From: Octopus bimaculoides
Taxonomy: Eukaryota
Direction of reading: 5' to 3'
Length of the DNA: 45,566 nt
Assembly (NCBI RefSeq): GCF_001194135.2
Contig: NC_069005.1
Coordinates: 29,235,004-29,280,569, forward strand
Shown: piece after piece, positions 12,001 through 25,100 of the stretch
Numbering within the stretch: position 1 is the first letter of the stretch
Layout of the letters: every line of letters starts with the position of its first letter
Notes under the pieces: model-generated
The model's database searches: none
The model's input: the letters and a program-made list of their open reading frames with translations, nothing else
Told to the model about the DNA's origin: nothing
Made by a program: the position numbers and the translations under genes

Positions 12001-13814
12001 CCAGAATCACTTCCATCAATAGGCCTGCTGGATCAAGTTTGATAGGATGGTTCATGGTTACAATATCTTTGATCAATAGGCCTGTGAGATCAAATTTAAA
12101 AGGGTGGTCATGGCTGAAATATCTTTGAGCAAAATGTCTGCTGAATCAAGTTTGACAGGATGGTCATGGCCAGAATCTCTTCATTCAATAGGCATGCTGG
12201 ATCAAGTTTGAAAGTGTGCATGTGGGTGGAATATCTTTGGTCACATGTCTGCTGAATCAACTTTGACCTGGAGCTAAACAACACCAACAATAATATCATT
12301 GATGGATTTTTTCTTTTTGTTAAATGTCCAATTCTAATTGCGTCCTTTAAAAATGTCTGTTTTAAGCAATCAAGTTCTAAAGATGACTGACAACATCTAT
12401 GAAATGGTCACAGTGGAATGGGACCTCAGCCTCTGTCTTCTTCTCGCCTGGTGTATAGTATTCTTTGTCCTTGTGAAAGGAATCAAGTCGTTAGGGAAGG
12501 TAGGTGCTTCCTTTCGTGTTGTTTCTTCTTATTTTAGTTTTTGGTGTGCGGGCCAGCTCTGCACATGAGTCGACAGGTCTTGAGTCAAATTTTGACATGA
12601 GGTCACTTGCTTTTCATAGACAGGGCAGTCCAAGTAGTTGAGGAGAATGTGGGGGTGGGATTCACTTATTGATGTGAGGAAACTGACCTCCTCTTGGCCA
12701 ATGATAATGACGGTACTGGTGCCATGTAAAAAAGCACCCAGTACACCTTAAGTGGTTGGCATCAGGAAGAGCATCCAGGTGTAGAAACCATGCCAAGACA
12801 GACAATTGGAGCCTGGTGCAGCACTCTGGCTTGACACCACCTGTCAAACCTTCCAACCCATGCCAGCATGGAAAAACATTGAATAACGACGATGATGATG
12901 CTGAGTATTATTATCATTATTATTTAGCAGAGACTCCAGCAAATAAGATCTGAAGAAGGAATTCTAATTCCGAAATATCATCGGACTACAGTTTACCAAG
13001 TTACAACAGGTATACAGTCCATTTTTTGTTCTATATTGCATTGTTATACCTTCCTAAACTTTTTATTCTTTACAAACAATACACAATGCTTCAAGCAAAC
13101 TACAATACTCTCCTATCTATATGTATATATGCACATACACATATATATATATACACACACACACACACTTACATATATGAAGACACTTGTCCAGGCTGCC
13201 GTTCAGTGGGCTTGAACCTGGTAGCATGTGGTTGCAAACTGAGCTTCTTATCCACATAGCCATTCCTGGATAATTTCCTTCTTCCTTTCCCAAGACTATA
13301 CTCTACTATAGACACAAGGCCTGAAATTGTTGGGGAGAGGGCTAGTCAATTGCATTGACCCCAGTGTTTCACTGATACTTAATTTATCAATCTTGACAGG
13401 ATGAAAGGCAAAGTCAACCTCGGTGGAATTTGAACTCAGAACATAAAGACAGATGGAATACTGCAAAGCATTTTGTCCAGCGTGCTAATGAGTCTGCCAG
13501 CTTGCTACCTTAATAATCTTATAATAATTCTACTGGCCGTTACGTTACTTAACCTGTTATTAACGCTTTCACATGATTAGAGGAAAAGAGGAAGCAAGAA
13601 AGAGGATGAAGCGAAGAATAAGGTAAAAAGAGAAAGAAAAAGATGGAGAGAGAAAAGATGGAGAGAGAAAAGATGGAGAGAGAAAAGATGGAGAGAGAAG
13701 CGTCCATGACATGTGATAGGGGGAACGTAATATTTATTACGTGGTTAAAAAAGTTAGTTGAAGGTAGTGATATAGAGGAGAGTTAATGAAAATAGTAATA
13801 ATAATAATAACAAC

Positions 13815-13851
<37 letters not shown>

Positions 13852-16339
13852 TAGTTGATTAGTAAAGTCTTCCATACAATTCCAGGCTGCTTGTTTAATT
13901 TCTCTATTTCCATATATTTCCAGGTTGCTTATTTCACTTCTCTGTTTCCATATATTTTATTGGCTTGTCTCCTTGGCAAAGGAGCCACACTGGAAGGTTC
14001 TTCAGATGGAATCTACTATTACCTACGGCCAGATGTCTCGAAATTAAAGAATGTTCAGGTAAACTCATAAATATATGAAAGGACTCTCCTGCTGAAGATG
14101 GCGTGTGCGATGTTCGGCTTTTGCTGATTGGCCTACACAAATGATTTGTTTACGATGATCAAATGTCTATGTGCTGTACGTTGGCTCACAGCCTCCATCA
14201 AAAGGACTTTGCCCGAACAGGTGCACAATGTGCCACACGTCAGGTGTGAAAGTGATTGTAGAACAATGTGAGATGAAGTGTTTTGCTGATGAACATAATG
14301 CAGAAACCCAGTCTAAGAATTGAAACCGCGATCTCATGATCATGGGTACAATACTCTAACCACTAGGCCAGGCATCCTCACTCAAAATATATAAAATGTG
14401 TGTGTGTTTGAATATATATATATATATGCATGTATGTATGTATGTATGTATGTATGCATGCATGTATGTATCCGTGTATTCTCTTATTTGTTTCAGTTAT
14501 TTTCACTGTGGCCATGCTGGAGCATTGCCTTTAGTCAAACAAATCGACCCCAGTCAAACATCATACATACATACATATATACATACATCATACATACATA
14601 TATACCTACATCATACATATATATATATATANNNNNNNNNNNNNNNNNNNNNNNNNNNNNNNNNNNNNNNNNNNNNNNNNNNNNNNNNNNNNNNNNNNNN
14701 NNNNNNNNNNNNNNNNNNNNNNNNGACTAAAACTTCTTTAAGGCAGTGTTCCAGCATGGCCACAGTCTAATGACTGGAATGCATAAAAGATAAAGATAAA
14801 GGATAAAAAACTAAGAATGATGAATAATATTAGAAGAAAACAAGAGCAAAAGTACATCAAACTCCATCTGATTAACAACAAACCATGTGAATCCATGAGT
14901 AAAGAATAATTAAATTCTTTAGAGGTTCCCCACTTAATCTCCCCCCCCCCACCACAAGTGCATGTCCTGACATATGTTGACCATTATTTCTCTGACTGTC
15001 ACTCTCCTTATCTTATCTGACTCTCTAACTCACTCCCCCCTTCCCTGCCAACAGGGTTAATCCATGCACCTACAGCTAGACACCTACTTCTGTCCCTCTA
15101 TAACTTTAATCTCTCAACTGGCACAAAGCAACCATCACCATACCTCTCCCCTCTCCCTTCTCCCAATCGAGGGGTCTTTTTTTGTCTTGCAAGGTATTTG
15201 GTGACCCTATCAGTGCTGGTGTCACATAAAAAGGCATCTATGGGTGTGCCACGTGAAAAGCACCCAGTACATTCTGTAAAATGGTTGGCATTAGGAAGAG
15301 AATCCAGCTGTAGAAACCAACCATGCCAAAACAAACTATGGACCCTGGTATGGTTTCTGAGCTTCCCAGCTCCTGTCAAACTGTCCAACCCATGCCAGCA
15401 TGGAGAACAGACATTAAATGATGATGAGAATAACAACGATGATATAAGTTCTTAGAAGCATAAGAAAGAGTGGACGTACCATAAGACACAAAAAGTAGTA
15501 TAAGAAATAAATTGTTCTATTATAAAATTCAGGGTTTGTAGCAAAAAAAGTCTTAGAGTAGGTGAAATGATTACAGGCAAGTTCACTGCAGGGAACGTTC
15601 ACCACCATCAGTTCACTGTGCAAATAGTTCACTGTAAGGAAAGTTTACCAAGAGGAAAGTTTACTGATAAAATATATCCATAGTATTTCACCATTAATAG
15701 TTAAAAACTATTTTATTGAAAAAAAAAGGGTGAATTGATAATGGTAAACATTCTCTGCAGATTCTGTCAGCTTGCTGCCTTAACAACAATAATAATAATA
15801 ATGCCAATACACACAGATAGAGAAATTAAGGCAAATAGACCAGATATAGTTGTCAAAGATCATGAAGGAAAAAAATGCNNNNNNNNNNNNNNNNNNNNNN
15901 NNNNNNNNNNNNNNNNNNNNNNNNNNNNNNNNNNNNNNNNNNNNNNNNNNNNNNNNNNNNNNNNNNNNNNNNNNNNNNNNNNNNNNNNNNNNNNNNNNNN
16001 NNNNNNNNNNNNNNNNNNNNNNNNNNNNNNNNNNNNNNNNNNNNNNNNNNNNNNNNNNNNNNNNNNNNNNNNNNNNNNNNNNNNNNNNNNNNNNNNNNNN
16101 NNNNNNNNNNNNNNNNNNNNNNNNNNNNNNNNNNNNNNNNNNNNNNNNNNNACCAGGACTTACAAATATATATAACATACAGAAAATTGCACTACTGGGT
16201 ACTGCACACATTCTACACAAAACACTTTCAATACAGTAAACATAAGAGCACCACAGCAAACCACAGCACATACCCAAGGCGCACAGAGCTGCGCTCGGTA
16301 GTGAAGTGAAAGCACGTTATAAAAATAAAACTACTGAAC

Positions 16340-16370
<31 letters not shown>

Positions 16371-17074
16371 GTTTCAAATTTTGACACAAAGCCAGCAACG
16401 TTGGGGGAGGGATTAAGTCAAAAACATTGACCATAGCATTCGACTGGAACTTATTTTATCAACCCTGAAAGGATGAAAGGCAAAGTCGACCTTGGCAGAA
16501 TTTGAACTCAGAACGTAAGGACGGATGAAACACCGCCAAGCATTTCTTCCGGTGTGCTAAAGATTTTGCTAGCTTGCCACCTAATACTACTAATGATAAT
16601 AAATAATAATAATAATAATAAAAACAAACACGAATATAAATGTGAAAATTCTCCTAGAGAGGTCAAGGAGAGAAATAAAGAGAGAAATACAGGTGATTTG
16701 GGAGGAGAAGAGGATCTAGATCGTTACTTTTGAGTACTCCTCGGGATAAATAGACACTTGAAAAATCCTCAAGAGTTCCAGATAAACTATAAGAGTTACT
16801 TACTTACGTCACTTATCTCTATTTTTTAAAAACTTTTTTCATTTTTATAAATGAGGATCTCGTTCTTACAGTAAAAAAAAAAAAATGATTTGTTATCTAA
16901 GAGAATTTCAGTTAGAGTTGTTAATTAATTGTCTTAATTAATTTAAGGTGTAGGCATTGCTATGTGGTAAGAAGTTCGCTTCCCAATCACGTGATTTGGG
17001 GTTCGGTCCTACTGCATGGCACCCTGAGCAAGTTTCTTGTCCGTCATGTATAAACATATGTATGTACGTGTGTA

Positions 17075-17114
<40 letters not shown>

Positions 17115-19596
17115 CACATATATATATATTAATCATAAGGACACACTAATATGTCTACCTGCTAGAAATGAGAGTTAAAACCCTCATTTAAACCACCAAA
17201 AAATTTAACACTGAAAATAATAACAGAATCAACAGTACTCAGGCAAGCAGATCGAAAAAAATCCCTCACATACTTATATAACATAAAGCTATATATTTAT
17301 TGGTATAGGTATACACGTAGACTGGTTTCTGGTTTGCTATAAAAACCTCACCTTCCTCAGCACGTATTAACCAATAGAAAAAATTTTTCCCAATCTGCTG
17401 GCATCCTGAATTGTTTTGCATCAAAATACAGACAGCCTCATTGTGAAAAATATAATAACCTCATTAGACAATTAAGTTTAATGATTTGAATATAAAGGTA
17501 ATTAGCTCTTCCATGACGTTATTTATAAAGAGCAGATTTCCACAGAGTTTTAAATGATTTTTAATATAATCATTCTTTTCTCTTGTCTTTTACTTGTTTC
17601 AGTCTTTAGATTGTGGCCATGCTGGGGCCCTGCCTTGAAGAATTTTTAGTCAAATGAATCAATTCCAGTAAATATATTTTTTTTAAAGCCTGGTACTTAT
17701 TCTATTGGACTCGTTTGCCAAACTGCTAAGTTACAGGAAGGTAAAAACATCAACACTGGTTATCAAACACATACACAAACACATAGTAGAAGAACACTTA
17801 CTCAAGGTATCACACAGTGGGACTGAACCCAAAACCATGTGGTTGGAAAGCCAGCTTCTTACCACATGACCACACCTGCATCTATTTAATCACTCTGTTT
17901 ATTTATTGTATTTTTATTCTACAGGTATGGGTGGATGCCGCCGTGCAAATATTTTTTTCAGTAAGTACCAGTATGGGTGGACTGATCACCATGGCCAGTT
18001 ACAACAAGTTCCACAATAATACATTTAGGTAATCCATCAACTTCGATACCTAATAATCTCATATATGTCCCCTCATATATGTCATCTCATATATCTATAT
18101 TACTAAACATATGAAGATAAGAAATAACAATAATAATCCTTTCTGCAATGGACACAAGGCCTGAAATTTGGTGGGAGGGGATTAGTCGATTACAAAGACC
18201 CCAGTGTTTCATTGGTACTCAATTTATTGACCCTGAAAGGATGAAAAGCAAAGTTGACCTTCATGGAAATTGAACTCAGAACATGCAGGTGAAATGAAAT
18301 ACCACTAAGCATTTTGCCCCACATAGAAATAATAATAATAATAATAAAGATGGTCTACAGCAAATATTCTGCTCAATACCCAGATTTGCTTGACCTTAAC
18401 CAGTTGAGCATGTCACTTGCAGGCATCCTATTGGTTACGACAATAAGGGTTCCAACTGATTCGATCAACAGAACAGCCTGCTCGTAAAATTAAAGTGAAA
18501 GTGGCTGAGCACTCCACAGACATATGTAGCCTCAACATAGTTCTCATGGAGATTCAGCATGACACAGAGGGTGACAAGGCTGGCCCCTTTGAAATATAGG
18601 GACTACTCATTTCTTGCCAGCTGAGTGGACTGGAACAACGTGAAATAAACACTTACACACACAAATGAGTAAATAGGAAGTTAATGCCTTTATGAAATGC
18701 CCTTCCAAACATAAATTAAATCTATTCTATTCTTTCAGGGATAGCATACTACTGCCCTTCATTAACTGCTTGACCAGTTTCTTAGCTGGGTTTGCCATTT
18801 TCTCTGTGTTGGGGTTTATGTCATACAAGAAAGGTGTACCTCTTGACAAAGTTGTCGAAGATGGTAAGTGTTAATTTCTTTGGATTCATCATTGGTAACT
18901 GAAGCAAAACAGGAAATTTACCACGGTACATAGCAGCAAAACACACACACACACACACACACGCACACACACTCAGACATGCACACACAAGGAGACAGAG
19001 GTACATACATACATATACACACATGCACACACATACATAAAAAAAAAACACACAAACACAGGAATATGCAGAATACATACATACATACATGCAAACACAC
19101 AGATACATACATATATACATACACACACATACGTACATACATACATATGCACACACACACAGACACACATGCACACATACATGCATGCATACATACACAC
19201 ACACTGAGACACACACATGCGCAAAAACAGAACGCAGCATAAATAACGGACAAAGTCTAGGCTATTGAAAAGGTTGCAAGACGCAACGAAAATTTTAGGA
19301 AAATAAAAATAAGAAATAAGTGGAAATTTTACCGGTGAGTGTGTTAAATTTTAAGGCACAATAAGAAAATGACTCTCCCCAGACATAACAGTATANNNNN
19401 NNNNNNNNNNNNNNNNNNNNNNNNNNNNNNNNNNNNNNNNNNNNNNNTATGATTGAACACCACGCATCCTCTTTCAAACAACGAAAGACACAAATGGAAA
19501 ACAAGATAAACAATATAAAGAACGACCTTTCATCAGTTGTTCGCTGATTTTCTACTCTTGTATTTCGAGTGTGTGTGTATGTATGCATATATATGA

Positions 19597-19640
<44 letters not shown>

Positions 19641-19824
19641 GATACATAATATAATATCTAAAACAGGTCCTGGCTTAGCCTTTGTGGTTTATCCTGAATG
19701 TCTTGGAAAAATGCCTCTTGCTTCATTATGGTCAGCATTGTTCTTCATAATGATGTGGTCTTTGGGTGCCAGTAGTTTGGTAAGTAAACTTTTTTCTTCC
19801 TTCACTCTACCTGTATAGTTGTTG

Positions 19825-19855
<31 letters not shown>

Positions 19856-22104
19856 AAGTGTTGTTGTTTTTAGCCCCAAATCAGGCCCAGTCCTGCATAT
19901 ATACAATCAAAGCATTCTACTATGATGATGGTTCAATTTTATTGCAGACAGTAAATTACAATTATGTAATAAATATGCCTTGTCTTATTCATTAAAATAA
20001 TAGGTTATATGATTAGAAATCTGCTTGCTATTTCTAGCCAGTTGAGCAACTGCATAGAGGAGCCTACATTGTGTGTTTGAATGTGTATAGCTGCATATCT
20101 GCAGATGGCATAATGGTGAGGAGAGGTGCCGACATAGAATTAACCTATGGAAAGAATAACTAAAATAATTTATTATGTGGTGATTATGAGCCATTTAAAA
20201 TAACACACAAAAACCGTTAGATTCACTTCAACATTTAAATTTAATTTGTCAAAATATTTTCGTCACTTTGAGACCGCGACCTGTTCACTGAGATGCAGCA
20301 CAGAATCTTGTCAGTGAACAGGTTGCGGTCTCAAAGCGACGAAAATATTTTGACAAATTAAATTTAAATGTTGAAGTGAATTTAACGGTTTTTGTGTTAT
20401 TTTAAATGGTTTATACACACCTTCCACGCTGCAATAATTTATTATGTGTTTCTTCTGATTCTTTAGATTCTGAGTTCAAACCCTACCATGTTGACTTTGC
20501 CTTTTGTCTCTTTGGAGTTAATAAGATGGAGTACCAGTGATGTACTGGGTTTGATGAATTAACTAGCCACGTCCACTCTTCAAAATTGTTGGTCTTGTCC
20601 CTAAATCAGAAACAATTATTGGTTTCAAATTTTGATACAGTGAAGGCGCATGGCTTAGTGGTTAGGGCATTCGGTTCACGATCGCAAGGTCGTGAGTTCA
20701 ATTCCTGGCGACGCGTTGTGTCCTTCAGCAAGACACTTTATTTCACGTTGCTCCAGTCCACTCAGCTGGCAAAAATGAGTGGTACCTGTATTTCAAAGGG
20801 CCGGCCTTGTCACATTCTGTGTCACGCTGAATCTCCCTGAGAACTACGTTAGGGGTACACGTGTCTGTGGATTGCTCAGTCACTTGCACATTAATATCAT
20901 GAGCAAGCTGTTCCGTTGATCGTATCAGCTGGGACCCTAGTCATCGTAACCGACGGAGTGCTCCTATTTGATACAAGGCCAGCAATTTCAGAGCAGGAGG
21001 ACTGCCACACACAAAGACTACATTCTGTTAACCTTCTCATGATTCCACTGCACCTCTTATGTGTCCACAGTTTGCTCTGGGTACAATGTATGAAATGCTT
21101 ACCCACACCCTTTCTACATATAAAACGGGGCCACTTTCCTGAAAGAATAAGAGCTTTGTCTCCTTTCTTTCTTACTAGAATTTTGGTCTTCACTAAATTA
21201 ATTTTTTGCATGCATACATACAAACATGCACGCACACATGCATACATACATACATGCACGCATGCACACACGCATACATACATGAGTTTATCATTCAAGT
21301 ATACATGCACACATCAAGACATGCAACTATATATGCATGAAAATATATACATAAAACAAAACATACAAATTTGCACATGCACTGATTCCAAATAGTGCAC
21401 ATATACACACATACATAAAACTGACTAATGACATAAACACACACACACACACATATACAGACAGACATATAAGAGAAAGAGGACATCTATGGACCATTGA
21501 TAAAGGAGTTTGCAAATCTGGTACTCAAGATACTCTTTCAGCTTCATACCTAATATTATTAGAGCAACAGGATACATACCAACCTGCCTGGAGCAGCAAA
21601 GTACAGCTGAATTTGGGATCCTCGGGATAGAATGCAAATCCTTAATTCTTATGCTACAAATGGTCATGATATCTGGGACTATAAACATCTGCAAGAACTC
21701 CTTAAGATTTAAAGAACGATGCTTAAAACAAGATGCTGGCCTTCACAACGTTGATACCAAGTAGGTGGTTGGCCAAAATTTACTCAAAATTAAAAAGAGA
21801 AAAAGAACATACATACATACATACATAAGCATACAGACACACACACACACACACACATGGTTGACAAAACCATGCCTTAAATTCTTATGTTCCATTTATT
21901 TCCCAGAGAATGTACTGAAATTAATTCTTGAATAAATTCTTCAGTTCTCCCTGAGCGAAAATATTTTTACTAGCATCACAGACGAGTATGCGAAAACTCT
22001 GCTGAAGTTCAAAAACTCGATGATTTTTCGGGTGACCATCGTCCTTCTTTGTTTCGTTTGTGGCCTGATCATGGTGACCAAGGTAAGATGTTTAATAAAA
22101 CCTG

Positions 22105-22139
<35 letters not shown>

Positions 22140-25100
22140 TGCCTAGGTACTAAAAAAAACAACAACAACAACAATAGTGGTAATTGTTGTTGTTTAGTAG
22201 TAGTAGTAGTAGTAGGAGGAGGAGGAGGAGTCCCTTGATTTTATGTAGCTTTAACATGTTTTTTCTTCTTTTTATTTGTGTGTGTGTGTGTGTTTTTTTA
22301 TTAGTCTGGCCTGTATTGGTTGAACTTAATCGACAATTCCGTGGTTGGATTACCATTAATCATCATCGGNNNNNNNNNNNNNNNNNNNNNNNNNNNNNNN
22401 NNNNNNNNNNNNNNNNNNNNNNNNNNNNNNNNNNNNNNNNNNNNNNNNNNNNNNNNNNNNNNNNNNNNNNNNNNNNNNNNNNNNNNNNNNNNNNNNNNNC
22501 ATCGGTTTCTTTGAGATCATTTCGTTCCAATGGATTTATGGTAAGTGAGAGTTTTTCTTTGTTTTTTTTTCATTTTTCTCATGATTTAACAATTCAATAA
22601 AGCAGAGAAGGAAAATGTGTGAATTGGCGGGGTCAGTAGAGCATTAGATAAAATATTTAGGACACAGGGCAGTATTTGGTACAAATCTCTGCACTGTGAG
22701 TTCAAATCCTACCAAAGTAAACGTCACCTTTCATCTTTTCTGAGAGTTAACAAAAAAAACAAAACAAGTACCAATCAAACCCTAATTGACAGAACAAGTA
22801 CCCTAACCCTAATTGACAGAACTGTAAGAACATTGGATTGTATACCTTGTGGTATTTTTCTGGCTCTTTGCATTCTGAGTTCAAATCCCACCATGGCCTA
22901 TCTGGCTGATAGACTACAATCTATCATCCAGTTTAATACTCCAATCTGGTACCTTGCATGCTCTTAGCGGTGTCCACACTTGCTGCAAGCGTCCAGGTCA
23001 GGTCTTTAATTAGACGATTTCTTTCTCCCCCTCTCTCTCTCTCTCCATCCCTCCCTCCTACCCACCAGTCTTGAAAGACCTGTTACTGGTCATGGGCTAC
23101 GTTCTGAGTTCAAATTCCGCTGAGGTCAACTTTGCCTTTCATCCTTTCAGGGGTCAATAAATTAAGTACCAGTTACACACTGGGGTTTATGTGATCGACT
23201 TAATCCCTTTATCTGTCCTTGTTTGTCCCCTCTATGTTTAGCCCCTTGTGGGCAATAAAGAAATAAGAAACATTAGCACGCCAGGCGAAATGCTTAGCGG
23301 TATTTCATCTGTCCGTTTGTCTGTCCTTGTTTGTCCCCTCTGTGTGTAGCTCCTTGTGGGCAGTAAAGAAATAGGTATTTCATCTGTCTTTACTTCTGAG
23401 TTCAAATTCCGCTGAGGTCGACTTTGCCTTTTATCCTTTTGGGGTCGATACATTGTGTACTGGGGTCAATCTAATTGACTGGCCCCCTCCCCCAAAATGT
23501 TCTACTCTTGTGCCAAGAGTAGAAAAGATTATTATTATTATCATTATTATTTTCTTTTGATTTTTTTTTTTCTTCCTTTATCAGGCAACGTATCAAATGA
23601 CATCACTCTGATGTTAGGGAAAAAAACATTTATGGTCATGAATTTTTGCTGCAAGTTTATCACGCCCATCATTATGTTCGTAAGTCACAACTTTACTTGC
23701 TACAGTGTTGTTGTTGTTGATGATGTTGTTGTTGTTGTTGATGATGTTGTTGTTGTTGTTTATTTATCCAAGGGCCATCTACACAGATTAATTATCTTAC
23801 TTCATTCAATAAAGGATGGCTGACTGATTTTTTTTTTTTAATCACTTTGTTATTCCTGCTGTTTGTTTCTTTAACTGGTCTCAGTCATTGGATAGTGACC
23901 ATGCTGGGGCACCACCTTGAAAGGTTTACTCCAGTGATTCTCAACCATTTTCCTACCTACAGACCCTTTGATCCTTATTTTGCTCCACTGGACCCTCAGA
24001 GCCAAATGATGTTTAAAAAAATCCTATTATATTTTTATGATTAAATATTATTAAGAATTGCATTTTAAAAAAAACTTTAAATATTTTGTGCATTGTAGAA
24101 GTATAACTGATTTATTGCAGATAAATTTTAACAACAAAATCTTATATGAACCCCTAAGGGTCATGTGGACCTTGGTTGAGAACCACTGGGTTAGTCAAAA
24201 TAATTGGCCCCAATACTTGTCTTTAAGTGTAGCATTTATTCTGTTGGTCTCTTCTACCAAACTGCTAAATTATGGGGATATAAGCAAAAGAAGCAGTGGT
24301 GAGGACAAATACATGCACATACACACACACACACATGATGGGCTTCGTCACAGTTGCTCTAGATGCCAGTCAGGGAGACTGAGCTCAGAATTAGCAAAAT
24401 GAAGGCCAGGGCAGGGTCCATCAGTAACCACTTATTATAGCAGAGTCACCATTGACCCTTTCGTCCTTTCAGGGTCAATAAATGAAGTACCAGTGAAACA
24501 CCAGGGGGGGGGGGCATGTAATCAACTTATCCCCTCCCCCCAAAAAATTTCAGGCCTTGTGCCTATTAGCAGAAAGAATTATTTCAATGTCCACTTTCCC
24601 ATGCTTGCATATCTTTTTATCCATCTATCCATTTCTGTCTTTCATTTCAGTTGCTGATATTATTTAAGTTTGTGAAATTCCAGCCAATAAAAATGGGTAG
24701 TTATGAGTACCCCATGTCAGCCCAAGTGATCGGATACCTCTTATCAGCCCTTTGTGTCATATTCATACCAGGATATCTTATATATTACTTACTCAGAAAC
24801 TGCTCGGTTAGTTGGGATTTTTTTTAATGTTTTTTTTTTCCCTTCCTTTGCCTCCAACCCAACCTCTTCCCCTCCCAAATTTTCCCACCCTATTTTCAGC
24901 CTTTACCTTGCCCCCACTCTTGTTTGTTAATCTTCTATAATGTCTCATTAATTTTTTTATTATCATTAGGTGAAAGCATGGCTCTGTAATTGCAAATGAA
25001 ACAATCCTGGGTCTGGGGCTTGGGTTTGATCTTATGATAAACCTACACTGAATGCAAGTAGCTTCTATGCCCTAGTCTCAGTTCAACCAGCCACAACTTT

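Noticed and set aside
11932-12268. CRISPR-like periodicity (also 37750-38322 and 8530-8606)
   Set aside because: Units are degenerate tandem copies without unique spacers; eukaryotic context and no cas genes
14287-14312. CTGATGA...GAAA hammerhead-like string
   Set aside because: No stem II or III; it is a decayed part of a family C SINE
17330-17375. TATAAAA and CCAAT motifs as an internal promoter
   Set aside because: Order is reversed for a plus-strand promoter, and such motifs are expected by chance in AT-rich DNA
19500-19570. Minus-strand GAAA...CTGATGA arrangement
   Set aside because: Stem III and the NUH site cannot form; at most an unclassified repeat remnant
24970-24999. Alternative SLC6 last exon VKAWLCNCK*
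   Set aside because: Overlaps a decayed SINE head and has no similarity to SLC6 tails
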